58,970 bases of DNA from a virus (taxonomy: Duplodnaviria > Caudoviricetes): positions 1 through 58,970 of IMG/VR virus record IMGVR_UViG_3300037882_000913; one strand, given 5' to 3'. The notes beneath the pieces were generated by a model. The model did no database searches and was not told where the DNA came from. It saw only the letters and a program-made list of their open reading frames with translations. The position numbers were made by a program, and so were the translations under genes. Shown one piece after another: positions 39,683 to 49,739 of the stretch (positions are counted from its first letter, which is position 1; every line of letters begins with the position of its first letter).

Positions 39683-41292
39683 TGAGCGACATCTTTTATA
39701 ATTCCGCGAATCCTTTCGATGGGTTGCCCGCCCCGCTAGTCTCTAAGAGCGTCCAGATGGTTGAGTTTAACCAGCGTTGGGCACAAGCTGATACTTTTAC
39801 GCTTCGCGGGCAGATAACCGGCCACTGTTCGGGCTTTAGCTTCTTTAACGCAAAGCGTAATCAAATTACGTCGGGCTTCCGAGAGGATTTCAAGACTCTG
39901 GAGTTTAAAACAAGCGGAACCACCTTCACGAGCTACTCAAGCGTTAAGCTAGACTCAATCTCGTTCGACGCTCACAACTACGGCGCGGGCATATTGGATT
40001 ATCAGGTAAATCTCTCCTGTTATCCAAGTGGCTACTTCTCTGGAACCTATGGAGTTCTAGACCCAAACGAAACATTCTCATTTCAAGATGGAGAGGACGG
40101 TTCGCTTTCAGTTTCACATAATATATCTGCGCGGGGATTTTACACGTCGGGAGGAACGTCAAACGCTCTTAATAATGCTAAATCATGGGTTCAAGCGCGG
40201 ACTGGATGGAGTTCGCAAGTCCTGCCTGCCTACGCAAGTGGCATAGTCGGCGGATTATGCCTGCAATCTCTTCGCGAAAACTACGACCGTCTAAACGGAA
40301 CTTATTCAGTTTCAGAGAATTACATTGGCGACCGCTATTTTGGTGTCGCTAATGGCTTCTTAAGATACTCGACAACTGTTAATTCGGATGAAGATGGACA
40401 ATCCAGCGTCTCCCTAGAAGGTTCCATTAAAAATTGTAAATATGGAACTATATCAGGTTTACGCGATAAATACACCGCGTTTGACGCTTTCTCTGCCGCC
40501 GCTCAACAATATAGAGATGTAACTAATCTTACTGACCTTAATCCGCTGCCAGAAGCTAAGTCGGTTTCGGAGGGACGAAATGGCTCAGTATTATCCTTTT
40601 CCTACGTTTGGACCAACGACACTCGCGGCCCTATTGTCGTTGAATATCAAACTAATTTTGATTACGACTTTGAAGCGGACTTAATTTCCGCTGACGTTTC
40701 TGCTACTGTGTATTCTAGAAATCCCCACTCAACTACTAAGTGGCCCGCCGTTTTAGCTTTCGCGAATGGAATAAACCTATATTCAATAGCGGCGGCGGAA
40801 TATGCTAGTTTTGTCGCGCAAGTTGCCCCTCATATGGCAGGCACGCCTTTGTCGAGTCAGAAGTTGAGCGAATCGAGAAGTGAAGACGAGCATAATTGCA
40901 GGATTCAGTTAAGAGAAAGTTATAGCAACGCGGCCCGCCCGCCATTCGGATTTCAATCATTTGGTTCTAGCGTTCGTGTGTCGCCCGCCATTCATAAATA
41001 CTCAGCCGCCCCAATCTTAGACGGCGCGGGCTCTTATTATTTGTTTGACTTAGGCTACAAGACCAGAGCGAGCATTGATATTCAAGTTCAGGGTATTGGG
41101 GAATATACTAGTTCTCCTGCTGCTACGGTAGCTGCGCTAAAATACAACACAGAGAAACTTCGCTCTGACTATTTTCAGGGAACGGAAATGTTGCTGGAAA
41201 GTCAGTCCGTGTCCACTGGAAACAACTCCTTCTCGAAACAAGCGAGCGTTGCTGCTAAATTTTCTGCGGACCAAGCGGAATTTGTTGTTTAA
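39682..41292 (+). CDS. Tail tip protein; probable paralogue of the previous gene
   Basis: Similar length; shared patterns (GQI/GRL, SISF, E.F...E.EDG). Confidence 0.6.
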   Translation: MSDIFYNSANPFDGLPAPLVSKSVQMVEFNQRWAQADTFTLRGQITGHCSGFSFFNAKRNQITSGFREDFKTLEFKTSGTTFTSYSSVKLDSISFDAHNYGAGILDYQVNLSCYPSGYFSGTYGVLDPNETFSFQDGEDGSLSVSHNISARGFYTSGGTSNALNNAKSWVQARTGWSSQVLPAYASGIVGGLCLQSLRENYDRLNGTYSVSENYIGDRYFGVANGFLRYSTTVNSDEDGQSSVSLEGSIKNCKYGTISGLRDKYTAFDAFSAAAQQYRDVTNLTDLNPLPEAKSVSEGRNGSVLSFSYVWTNDTRGPIVVEYQTNFDYDFEADLISADVSATVYSRNPHSTTKWPAVLAFANGINLYSIAAAEYASFVAQVAPHMAGTPLSSQKLSESRSEDEHNCRIQLRESYSNAARPPFGFQSFGSSVRVSPAIHKYSAAPILDGAGSYYLFDLGYKTRASIDIQVQGIGEYTSSPAATVAALKYNTEKLRSDYFQGTEMLLESQSVSTGNNSFSKQASVAAKFSADQAEFVV

Positions 41293-41305
41293 TGCCAGTG
41301 TCTTT

Positions 41306-41314
41306 TGTTATAAT
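41306..41314 (+). promoter_or_regulatory. Extended -10 host-type promoter TGTTATAAT
   Basis: Perfect TGnTATAAT ending 8 nt before the ATG at 41323. Confidence 0.7.
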
Positions 41315-41322
41315 AGCTAAAT

Positions 41323-41535
41323 ATGGAATACAACGAGTCTAAAGACCTAAAAGATAACATCAAAGTATTAATTGGGAAAACAATTGCTGATGCGAGCGCC
41401 ACGGAAACCGACATCTATTTGTATTTTTCGGATGGCACTGGGGCTCAAATTGGGACTCCTCAGAACGATGAGTGGCTTTCTATGGGATATGGAGAATTAG
41501 AAGAAAATCATGAAAATAACGAAATACGAAGGTAA
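41323..41535 (+). CDS. Small acidic protein inserted in the tail cluster
   Basis: 70 aa; own sigma70-like promoter. Confidence 0.7.
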   Translation: MEYNESKDLKDNIKVLIGKTIADASATETDIYLYFSDGTGAQIGTPQNDEWLSMGYGELEENHENNEIRR

Positions 41536-41674
41536 AAACGGGTGCGCTGACAACGTAGAAATCACAGATAGCGACGGTAACTCCGTCCGAATTGATGCGT
41601 GCTGTATGACGTGCGGAACCAAGGACGTAAAAATGGTAGCCCTAGAGTTCAAGGAAGAAGAGGCCGAGCGATAA
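41510..41674 (+). CDS. 54-aa Cys-containing micro-protein, not in the ORF track
   Basis: MKITKYEGKNGCADNVEITDSDGNSVRIDACCMTCGTKDVKMVALEFKEEEAER; fills the gap before the next late promoter. Confidence 0.55.
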   Translation: MKITKYEGKNGCADNVEITDSDGNSVRIDACCMTCGTKDVKMVALEFKEEEAER

Positions 41675-41735
41675 AAATAATTATAGGCTAACCGTTGGTT
41701 CTAGTGTAATCTCTTGTCAAGGCAAAAGGGATTAA

Positions 41736-43421
41736 ATGTCAACGCACTCTGGACTAGCATATTATTACGACCTACTCGGGCTCGACCCCGATAGCTTTCG
41801 CCTGCACTATCGCTTCGATGAGCAAAATGCCACGACAATCCCCAATAGCGCCCCACTTTATCCCCAAGTTTCCGGCTCTTCAAATACTTCCACTAGTGGA
41901 AATTTCACTAATACGAGAGTAAACATTAGCGGCGCGACAGGCATCGCTTTGGACGAATGGACCCACCTATTTATGCTAGACCGTAAATCTAGCTCGCGGG
42001 CGGTTATTTATGACTCGCTACAGAGCGGTTCTCGTTGGAGCGGTTATAGAATTGGACTCAACGACAATAATCAACCATTCTTAGAGTGTTGGGGCGCAAG
42101 CGGCCCGCTTTGTGTTGTGGCGAACCTACCATCAGCAAGTAAGAACATCTATGGAGTAGTTAAATCTAATAATCTTGTTACATTTTATAACTACGACTTT
42201 TATAATCAGAAGTCTAACAGTAGTTCTCATGCGCTAGACGGCTCGCTTTTCCCATATTCTAGTTTTGCTACTATCGGGAGCGGGCGCAATCTCGGCGGTT
42301 ATTTTGTTACTGGAAATCTTTCTGGCATTGTTGAAGATTATGTGATTCTCGCTGACTCGCTTTCCCCACAAGCATTTAAACTATTGTGCTCTGGTTTGGT
42401 TTCAGACTATTCAACTATGTCGGGCTCAGTTTCTTCTTTTTCTGGGATAGAGATTACTGGAAATACGACGGGGACAACTGGAACAACGGGAATCATCAGA
42501 TATGAAACGGTAGTTACTGGGAGCGGCCTCAATCCGTTCGGCACAGGCGACTACGTTTATCAATATGGACCAACTGGCATTACTGGATACTTAAGCTCTG
42601 GACTATCTATAACGCCCGCTACTGGATATGTTGTTAGATATATTACTGGGGCGCAAACTAGCGGAATAGCTACGAATACATCTCTAGTAGATACATTTCG
42701 CCACAACGAACTTTCCATTTTGACCCAATATGACTCTAACGATTACCTAGTAAGTAATTATAACTGGAATGCCGTTAGTCGCAATTTAGAAGGAGAGTTT
42801 GACGATGTTAATTCCGCGTTCTCGTTGCCAGAAGAGGAAGATGAGCGATTTCTTCCCGTTTATATTAATGGAATATTGCAACTAGCTACTGGATACACAA
42901 TAACTGGCGATGCTTATGCGTCGGGAGTTGTATTGTCTGGTGACTTCCGCTTAGATGGTCGCTTAGTAGATTCCACTGGGTTTTACTCGTTATCTGATGT
43001 TCTATTTTACGACAGAGCCACTAAAACAGCGCTCTCGCTCACCGCTTCTTCAATGGAATCTGGAACTTCCCTTGCCATTCCCGCTAGTGGCGAGCTTTAC
43101 TTCAACGGAGTATTATTGAATAGCGGCTATGATTATACAGGAGGTTCATCTACAACTATCATAACTAGCAGACTAAATGGTGCCACTGGAAAACTGGTCT
43201 ATTGGCCTCTGGAAAGCGGAGACGCTATTAAAACGGGAGCGTCCACCACTTCTGGCTCTTTTTGGCGCGGCGCACAAAAAGTGTGGATGAATGGAGTAAG
43301 ATTATCAGATAATAAAGACTATATGGAAAATTGCAACTTAGATTTAATCGCCGCTTCTGGGACTATTACGAGTCCTGAGTTTGAACTATTCTCCAATTCA
43401 GAATTATATTTTAATGTTTAA
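41736..43421 (+). CDS. Tail protein with LamG/concanavalin-like N-terminal domain
   Basis: LHYRFDE, ATIGS and SGIVEDYVI motifs; repeated VY(I/F/M)NG(I/V)L units. Confidence 0.7.
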   Translation: MSTHSGLAYYYDLLGLDPDSFRLHYRFDEQNATTIPNSAPLYPQVSGSSNTSTSGNFTNTRVNISGATGIALDEWTHLFMLDRKSSSRAVIYDSLQSGSRWSGYRIGLNDNNQPFLECWGASGPLCVVANLPSASKNIYGVVKSNNLVTFYNYDFYNQKSNSSSHALDGSLFPYSSFATIGSGRNLGGYFVTGNLSGIVEDYVILADSLSPQAFKLLCSGLVSDYSTMSGSVSSFSGIEITGNTTGTTGTTGIIRYETVVTGSGLNPFGTGDYVYQYGPTGITGYLSSGLSITPATGYVVRYITGAQTSGIATNTSLVDTFRHNELSILTQYDSNDYLVSNYNWNAVSRNLEGEFDDVNSAFSLPEEEDERFLPVYINGILQLATGYTITGDAYASGVVLSGDFRLDGRLVDSTGFYSLSDVLFYDRATKTALSLTASSMESGTSLAIPASGELYFNGVLLNSGYDYTGGSSTTIITSRLNGATGKLVYWPLESGDAIKTGASTTSGSFWRGAQKVWMNGVRLSDNKDYMENCNLDLIAASGTITSPEFELFSNSELYFNV

Positions 43422-46209
43422 AATTGACGGAGTAAAAATTAATGGCCGCAATCAAGCTTTCGGCGGCTTTATATATGCTGTTGACTATCAAGTTGGCCTA
43501 TTAGAGTCTCCTACTACGATTTCTGTTCAATTTGTAAACAGCACTGGAGACTATCAAGAACCACAACTTTCAGTTTTGGCCGCTTACAAAATTTCAATAG
43601 GAAATATCATTTCTGGAAATTTTTATGCAGTTTCTTATGAAAATAGCAAAACATCTTCGGGACGGATTCTCACTGTTAATTTTATAGATGGCAGCCACAT
43701 ACTCGACCGAATATGGGTGGGATTATATAAAAGGATGGGGGACCACAAAACGAGCGTTCCCGGTCTTCTGATTGTTGGCCGCGAGATGCACCCATGCGAC
43801 GCGAATCAAGACGGAATCTTTGACCAAACGGACGCAGATTTAATTAAATGGGGGGAGACTGACCCGTGCGAGTTGCGATGCCCGAACGAAGAAGACAAAA
43901 CGGAACCCGTTGTGGACAACTGTATTAAGCGTGAGATTTCTGAAATTTTTGAGGTTCGATATAATTTTGAAGATTTGATGAACGCTTTGGAAGGAAAATT
44001 AACGCAATTTAGTGATTCTCGTAAAATTCAGACTATAATTCCAAACGACTTAGCCTCCGGCACCTACAATGTTGATTTGACGATGCCTCCGACTCGGAGA
44101 AATATGAATGCGTCGTCTTTCAATAGGGTAAAAATTAAAACGAGGCCCAAAAACACCAACCCTTTCTTTTTCCGAGATTACAGTGGTCCATTACGAGAGG
44201 TTTTGAGAAATTGGTGCTCTGATTTTGGTTGGAGTTTTTTCTGGGAGAATGACGCTCTTAATTTTATAGACACCAAAAGTCGCCCGGAAGTGAATCTTAA
44301 AGCATTTGCTAATCTTGAATCTCGGTCAAAGAGCGCGACTCTTGAGGGAACCGTAGGTCGCGGTTATGTTAGTTATTACGCACATCCCGGTATTGAGGCG
44401 GAAACAGAATGTTCAAAAACTCAAGCCCTTCTTCTGAGGTGCTTGTCTTTAAGAGATTTGTTTGGAGAATTATACAAACCGTCATGGTCCGCAGTTGCGT
44501 ATAATCAGACCGATTATAGTTCTATCGGGGCAACATCTTCTTTATCTCCCCCGACTCCAGACCCCGCGAATTCCGACCCAAACGACCAAATTACATACCG
44601 CGACGACGTATTCTCAAGTGGAATCGCCATTGAACTTTTTGAGAAAAGTGTAGTTTTATCTCATTATAGTCAAACAGTAAGGAACCTTTGGAACCTATGG
44701 AACCTATATGGAGTGAAAGCGGACACCGACGCGGAGAATCTTAAGGGTAAGTGGTTGGACCGTTTGGGTCAAATCAAAATCGTCTCAGTGATGTCTAATA
44801 AAATTTTAAACGAAAAATTTAAAAGGTTATTGGGCGACGACGCCGCTGGGAAGGGGTCTAGACTAATAGGGGCTCCTACTGTTCAAAATATATTAGCTCG
44901 TGGGGGTTATTTAGTGTCTGTTTTGAAAAATCGGCCAACGGAATACCCCCAAGGAATGCTGTCTAAACAGTTCGAGATTGAACAAAGGCTCGCCAATGAT
45001 TTTTTTGGACATCATTGGTATCGAGCATTTACGTCCCCCCCTTATCAGAACCCCCAGTTCTATCCGAGCGCAGAGTATATTGGGGCGCTCTCAACCAATA
45101 TTGAAGACTTGCCGTTCGCTAATTTTAACCACACTCACAATAGCAACATTTCAAAAATGGTTAGCTCGTTCGTTCAGCGTCAAAAGGCCGACTATCGCAG
45201 ATTCGATATTATGAAATTTGGTCAGAACTTTGCGACGAACATCTCCAAAAAAAATGTCCGTTCGATGGTTTATTTCAATCGAAGTGCCGATTCCTATTGG
45301 ACGCCAGACGCAAAGGGGCAGACCCAAATATCCCCACTGCTCAGTGAGTATGAAAAAATAGCAGTCCAAGAAATAGACATATCCGATTTAGACGACGACA
45401 CTAAGCGTTTTCTTATTACAGAAGATTCAAAAGCTCTCGTAGAGCCTGCTCTGCTTAAGAATGTAGGTCTTTTCATCTTCTACCCACCTCTTAACGACAA
45501 GGGGATTTCGATGGAGGGAGTTATCACGGACCACGAAATTAAAGAAAAAAAACAGCACCTAGAGGGCATTGAGTCGTTTTCATTCGCTACCGGGGGGCTC
45601 TTAAACAATAAATGCGTAAAATATACGGTTGACGGCCTTCCGCTATATACTCCGCAGGGAGGCTCTGTTTTATTTTCCGACTCTGGTGATAAATTTAAAT
45701 GGCAAAGAAAGACCCCCGAGGACGTAGAATTTGACAAACCTGTATACAAAGTAATCGCAGTGACTTCTCAGAAAAATAGAGGGGTGATTCCAAAAACTCA
45801 ATCAACTTTAATTTATCCCGCCGAAACAAACTCTCTAAGAGTTGACTACGGGTTTTCTAATATTGACCGGGACTCGTCCCTTTTGCTAAATAAACTAACT
45901 TCCAGTTGCGTCATCCCAGAGTCGGAATTGGAAAAAATTCACGGAGCGGTTTCAAAAAATTTAAATTTCAGCGTCTCCACTCCATTTGTATCCTACCAAT
46001 ATACTTTATATGGATTGCAAATTCCAGAAGCTCTTTCGATAAAAGACGGTCTTGAGTCTATTCAAGTTAGAGTCTCTAACGATTCCGCGATAACAACAAA
46101 TATCACAATGAGTAATAAACTTTTCACTCCACCTTCTCAGGATTTGGTGATGCGCTCTCTCGAACTAGGAAAAACGGACAGAGCAAACTCTAAGCCCCGT
46201 TCTATATAA
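43414..46209 (+). CDS. Large tail tip/hub protein
   Basis: PLREVLRNWCSDFGWSFFWE hub-like motif; Ca-loop-like DANQDGIFDQTD. Confidence 0.65.
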   Translation: MFKIDGVKINGRNQAFGGFIYAVDYQVGLLESPTTISVQFVNSTGDYQEPQLSVLAAYKISIGNIISGNFYAVSYENSKTSSGRILTVNFIDGSHILDRIWVGLYKRMGDHKTSVPGLLIVGREMHPCDANQDGIFDQTDADLIKWGETDPCELRCPNEEDKTEPVVDNCIKREISEIFEVRYNFEDLMNALEGKLTQFSDSRKIQTIIPNDLASGTYNVDLTMPPTRRNMNASSFNRVKIKTRPKNTNPFFFRDYSGPLREVLRNWCSDFGWSFFWENDALNFIDTKSRPEVNLKAFANLESRSKSATLEGTVGRGYVSYYAHPGIEAETECSKTQALLLRCLSLRDLFGELYKPSWSAVAYNQTDYSSIGATSSLSPPTPDPANSDPNDQITYRDDVFSSGIAIELFEKSVVLSHYSQTVRNLWNLWNLYGVKADTDAENLKGKWLDRLGQIKIVSVMSNKILNEKFKRLLGDDAAGKGSRLIGAPTVQNILARGGYLVSVLKNRPTEYPQGMLSKQFEIEQRLANDFFGHHWYRAFTSPPYQNPQFYPSAEYIGALSTNIEDLPFANFNHTHNSNISKMVSSFVQRQKADYRRFDIMKFGQNFATNISKKNVRSMVYFNRSADSYWTPDAKGQTQISPLLSEYEKIAVQEIDISDLDDDTKRFLITEDSKALVEPALLKNVGLFIFYPPLNDKGISMEGVITDHEIKEKKQHLEGIESFSFATGGLLNNKCVKYTVDGLPLYTPQGGSVLFSDSGDKFKWQRKTPEDVEFDKPVYKVIAVTSQKNRGVIPKTQSTLIYPAETNSLRVDYGFSNIDRDSSLLLNKLTSSCVIPESELEKIHGAVSKNLNFSVSTPFVSYQYTLYGLQIPEALSIKDGLESIQVRVSNDSAITTNITMSNKLFTPPSQDLVMRSLELGKTDRANSKPRSI

Positions 46210-49200
46210 TGATAATTTCTGGAATAGCGACTCGCTCTATATTATATCAAACTGGAGCGGTCTTTTTTGATTTTTCGTTCAACGCTCCGTCCACGTCTGG
46301 ACAGCATAAATTCGGGGTATCAGGTTCCGAATTCTTTGGATTCACGGCAACCAACGGGAAAATATTCGACCCCGCTGGGAAGTTCGTTTATAACTACGCT
46401 CCAAACGAAAATGTTAATATCTCTGGAGTGGTATCTCCTTCGTCCTATAATTATTCAGTAAATTCAAATTTATTGTGCTGGGGTCAACCCACTAGTTCCA
46501 GTCTATATGGGTCGGCAATTAAAAATCTATACGCATCTTCATCTTCTGAATTTCAATTATCTTCATTCATAAGGGGCGAGGCTGCCGATTATTCATTAGA
46601 CGGAGCGGGAGCGTATATTGGGGTCAACTCTTTAGTTTCTGGGAGGCTCATAAATAATGCAACTGGCCGCCCGTTCCGTATTTTTGACGTAGTTCTGAAT
46701 GGCCAATCTTCGTATTCGCTTTATTCGTTCACGACTGGAAATATTAGTTCAACTGGATATATAGTGTTTAGCGGCGACGGATTTGGAATGCAAGATGAAA
46801 TCGTGCAGGTTTCGATGCAGACTAATTTCGGACAAGTTGATTACGACTTTACAATATCTGGTGATTACGGAGTGGTTCCTGACGTATATTTGAATCTAAG
46901 TCCAGATTCTAATGTCGTCATTAGTAATCGGCCAATGTATATAAATGCGGTCGCGGCGAATTACCCCAGCGGCTCAAGAATAGGAGTGAGTTTAGAATAT
47001 GTGTCGGGGACCACTGGGAATATTTACTTTTTCTCCGGGCAGGCAGGTTTCGGCGCTCAGTCAATGTCTGGGTATCTTACTGGGTGTGGATTTTTGTCAT
47101 ATCAATGCGCGGGGTTAGTAAGCGGACTTGACCCGAAAACGTTAATTTGGGAAACTGGTATTGGCACTGGTCAATTTTCCACTGATTTTCATTGCGCAAC
47201 TGGAAATATTTCAGGAAACTACTCGCTGCCTCTCTATGGGCTCGGGGCGGGAGCGATTACATTAGATTACTTGGCTTCTGGGGAATCTTCTGGATATTTT
47301 CACGGAAGAATTCCAATTGTCGGGGCGTGGCTCAACGCTATCTCTACAAATTTTTCTGGTGCTGGGTCTTCTCCCGTTTCGGCGAGCGGTTTAATCCCAG
47401 TTGGCACTGGGAAGGTGTTTGTATATCCCACTGGCGAAGTGCGGATAGAAGACCCAATTAGCTCGGGAGACTATTACGAAGCCAACCTGTCGGTTTCTAA
47501 GGTTTATAGCGGCCCAATTGTTTACGACTACTCTACTGTCGCTGTGGGATTCGCAACCGGTAGAACTTTTTCTGGAATAGTTACGAAATCTTTCGCGCCA
47601 GAATTTGAGCAAGGCTCCTATTCTTTTACGAAATACTTTAGTGGGGCGGTTTCTTCTAGTGCAATTATCAGCACGGGAAATTTTCAAATTACCGGGTGCC
47701 CATCTTCGGCCTTGGTTTCGGGTCTGATAACTGGGGTGTTTTCTGCTAGTTATCCGCTGCTATGCTCTAACACGTCAAACTTTCCGACAATTCCTATTCA
47801 CGGATTTCCTTCGTCGGTTTACAATCGAGATGGAACTTTAGCCGACCCCAATACGGCGTTCACTTTTTACCCTAGCGGTGGGTTTTCGACCTATGATGAC
47901 TCGCTTGAAAACTATCTATTGGGGGGAGGTGTGAAGACCAGAATTTCCAGAATGGGGGACACTCCTTCTGGTTGGGGTGATTTTTCAAATCCGGTAGCAG
48001 ATTGTGCGGAGTTCCCCCGAGAATATCCATCGTCTAACGACGTAACATCTCATATCTGGAAAGAACGAATTTCAGGGACCGAATCAGTTTCGTCGTTCGA
48101 CTCATTGGACAATGGAATCGGAATCGTCAACACGAATCTTTTTATGACTGGCACTGGGGACTTCTACGCAGACCCGAGTGGAGCCGTGGATTCAGGAGTG
48201 ATGGAGTTTTTTATCAGCGGTAGCGGACTAAAGGCAATCGCCTTAAAAGGTCTGAATAACGGGCAGACTGACAGAATCCTCAATTTAACGCTATATAAAA
48301 ATGGAGTTCTTTCGGACTCTTGGGAGAGTCTATATATAGAGTCTAGCCTATACGATAAATACGGAGAAGCCTCTTATAACACTAACGCCTACGATACTCT
48401 GACTATTTCTGAGCTAGGTTCTGGCAAATATTCTTTGGTGGTCACTGCTAAAACCGCTCCTGAACCAGTGGTTTCATTCACTCAGTCTATTTATACTGGG
48501 TGTGAAAGTTCTAGGGCGGTGTCGGTTACGGTTCAGGCAGTTGGATATTTTCGGAAACCGTGCTGTGTAAATATAACTAACTATTCCGAGTCAACCGCTC
48601 ACTCAGGAGTTCATTACGACCCGATATATTTAGACTACACCGACCCCGTGCTAATATCAGGGGGCTGTCAGTCTGTAGGCGCTCATGCGCCAAGAGGCAT
48701 GAGATGTCCCGGTGTTTGTTTTCCTCCCACCTCTCCAGATTACAACGGAAGATGGAAAGAAGAAACCCAATATGTGAACTTCACCATTCCTATCTATGAC
48801 AATTCTGTATATGGAGAATACGCATCTTTCTACATGTATTTAGATGTCGCGTCTGCCTCTGGGTGCTCTGTCGTAGATGCCACCACGGAAGTCCGCATTG
48901 TTGATAATGATAACGAACAATTTGAAATTGGGGGGACGGGGATAATGCCCGATATTAGTTCTTTGGACTGTTCTTTGGTTCCCGACGTTGAGCCTCCAGA
49001 GCCCCCATGTATAAAAGACCCAAGCCTCTGCGACCCGTGCATTCTCCAGCCGAGGCTTTGTAACCCGTGTTATGACCGACCAGAACTTTGCGACCCCTGC
49101 TTTTTAGACCCGACTCAATGCACTGGAGACGAACCCCCATGCAGGTGTATCGAAACTATTGAAATTCCTTGTGAGGGGTGCAGCGGCAGTCTTATGACTA

Positions 49201-49739
49201 TTGTTGGGGACTGTGGAGGGGTTGCTGTCTCTGGTCAGGTCGGAATCCCCGGCGCGACATGCGGTTCGGCCACAGTAGCGGGGTGCGGGCCTACTGCTGG
49301 GTATATTTTTGTAGGAACCATCCCTAAAGCCAAGGGAACTTATTTTACATCATCTTTTTCTGGAAATTGTTTGTCTTCGTCGGTTTTGGCGTATCCATCT
49401 GACTGTGGGATGTATAACGTATGTATTGGAACTGACACCGAAGCTGAATGTCCAACGAGTATTGAATGGTCGGGATGTTCTGTAATTAATGACGCAGTTT
49501 CTTGTTCTGGTGCTGCGGGCGACGGCTCAATGATTCACGTAGGAAGGACTATTTGCTCAAATCTCGCGGCGGGAGAAGGTGCGGCTGAGCAGCGATGCTC
49601 TTTGGATATTTTCCTTGAAGTGTCTTCGACTCCGACATGCGACTTGCACTCTCACGGATGTCACTCTTGGGCGTTTACGGGGCAAACCGTGTTTCCTAAA
49701 GGCGACCCGCTATTAATACTTTGCGATGCTTTATTCTAA
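46209..49739 (+). CDS. SG-rich tail protein with a Calx-beta-like domain and Cys-rich C-terminus
   Basis: VSFTQSIY..CES...FTIPIYDN...VRIVDND; DPC repeats. Confidence 0.7.
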   Translation: MIISGIATRSILYQTGAVFFDFSFNAPSTSGQHKFGVSGSEFFGFTATNGKIFDPAGKFVYNYAPNENVNISGVVSPSSYNYSVNSNLLCWGQPTSSSLYGSAIKNLYASSSSEFQLSSFIRGEAADYSLDGAGAYIGVNSLVSGRLINNATGRPFRIFDVVLNGQSSYSLYSFTTGNISSTGYIVFSGDGFGMQDEIVQVSMQTNFGQVDYDFTISGDYGVVPDVYLNLSPDSNVVISNRPMYINAVAANYPSGSRIGVSLEYVSGTTGNIYFFSGQAGFGAQSMSGYLTGCGFLSYQCAGLVSGLDPKTLIWETGIGTGQFSTDFHCATGNISGNYSLPLYGLGAGAITLDYLASGESSGYFHGRIPIVGAWLNAISTNFSGAGSSPVSASGLIPVGTGKVFVYPTGEVRIEDPISSGDYYEANLSVSKVYSGPIVYDYSTVAVGFATGRTFSGIVTKSFAPEFEQGSYSFTKYFSGAVSSSAIISTGNFQITGCPSSALVSGLITGVFSASYPLLCSNTSNFPTIPIHGFPSSVYNRDGTLADPNTAFTFYPSGGFSTYDDSLENYLLGGGVKTRISRMGDTPSGWGDFSNPVADCAEFPREYPSSNDVTSHIWKERISGTESVSSFDSLDNGIGIVNTNLFMTGTGDFYADPSGAVDSGVMEFFISGSGLKAIALKGLNNGQTDRILNLTLYKNGVLSDSWESLYIESSLYDKYGEASYNTNAYDTLTISELGSGKYSLVVTAKTAPEPVVSFTQSIYTGCESSRAVSVTVQAVGYFRKPCCVNITNYSESTAHSGVHYDPIYLDYTDPVLISGGCQSVGAHAPRGMRCPGVCFPPTSPDYNGRWKEETQYVNFTIPIYDNSVYGEYASFYMYLDVASASGCSVVDATTEVRIVDNDNEQFEIGGTGIMPDISSLDCSLVPDVEPPEPPCIKDPSLCDPCILQPRLCNPCYDRPELCDPCFLDPTQCTGDEPPCRCIETIEIPCEGCSGSLMTIVGDCGGVAVSGQVGIPGATCGSATVAGCGPTAGYIFVGTIPKAKGTYFTSSFSGNCLSSSVLAYPSDCGMYNVCIGTDTEAECPTSIEWSGCSVINDAVSCSGAAGDGSMIHVGRTICSNLAAGEGAAEQRCSLDIFLEVSSTPTCDLHSHGCHSWAFTGQTVFPKGDPLLILCDALF

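Larger units (their letters stand above)
3036..41708. promoter_or_regulatory. Dispersed GTGTA(A) motif; putative phage late promoter
   Basis: Plus strand at 3036, 4669, 6839, 6859, 11864, 14175, 15842, 17145, 19661, 20147, 24909, 27280, 30456 and 41704; minus strand at 3813 and 6534; each about 9-33 nt before a start codon. Confidence 0.8.
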
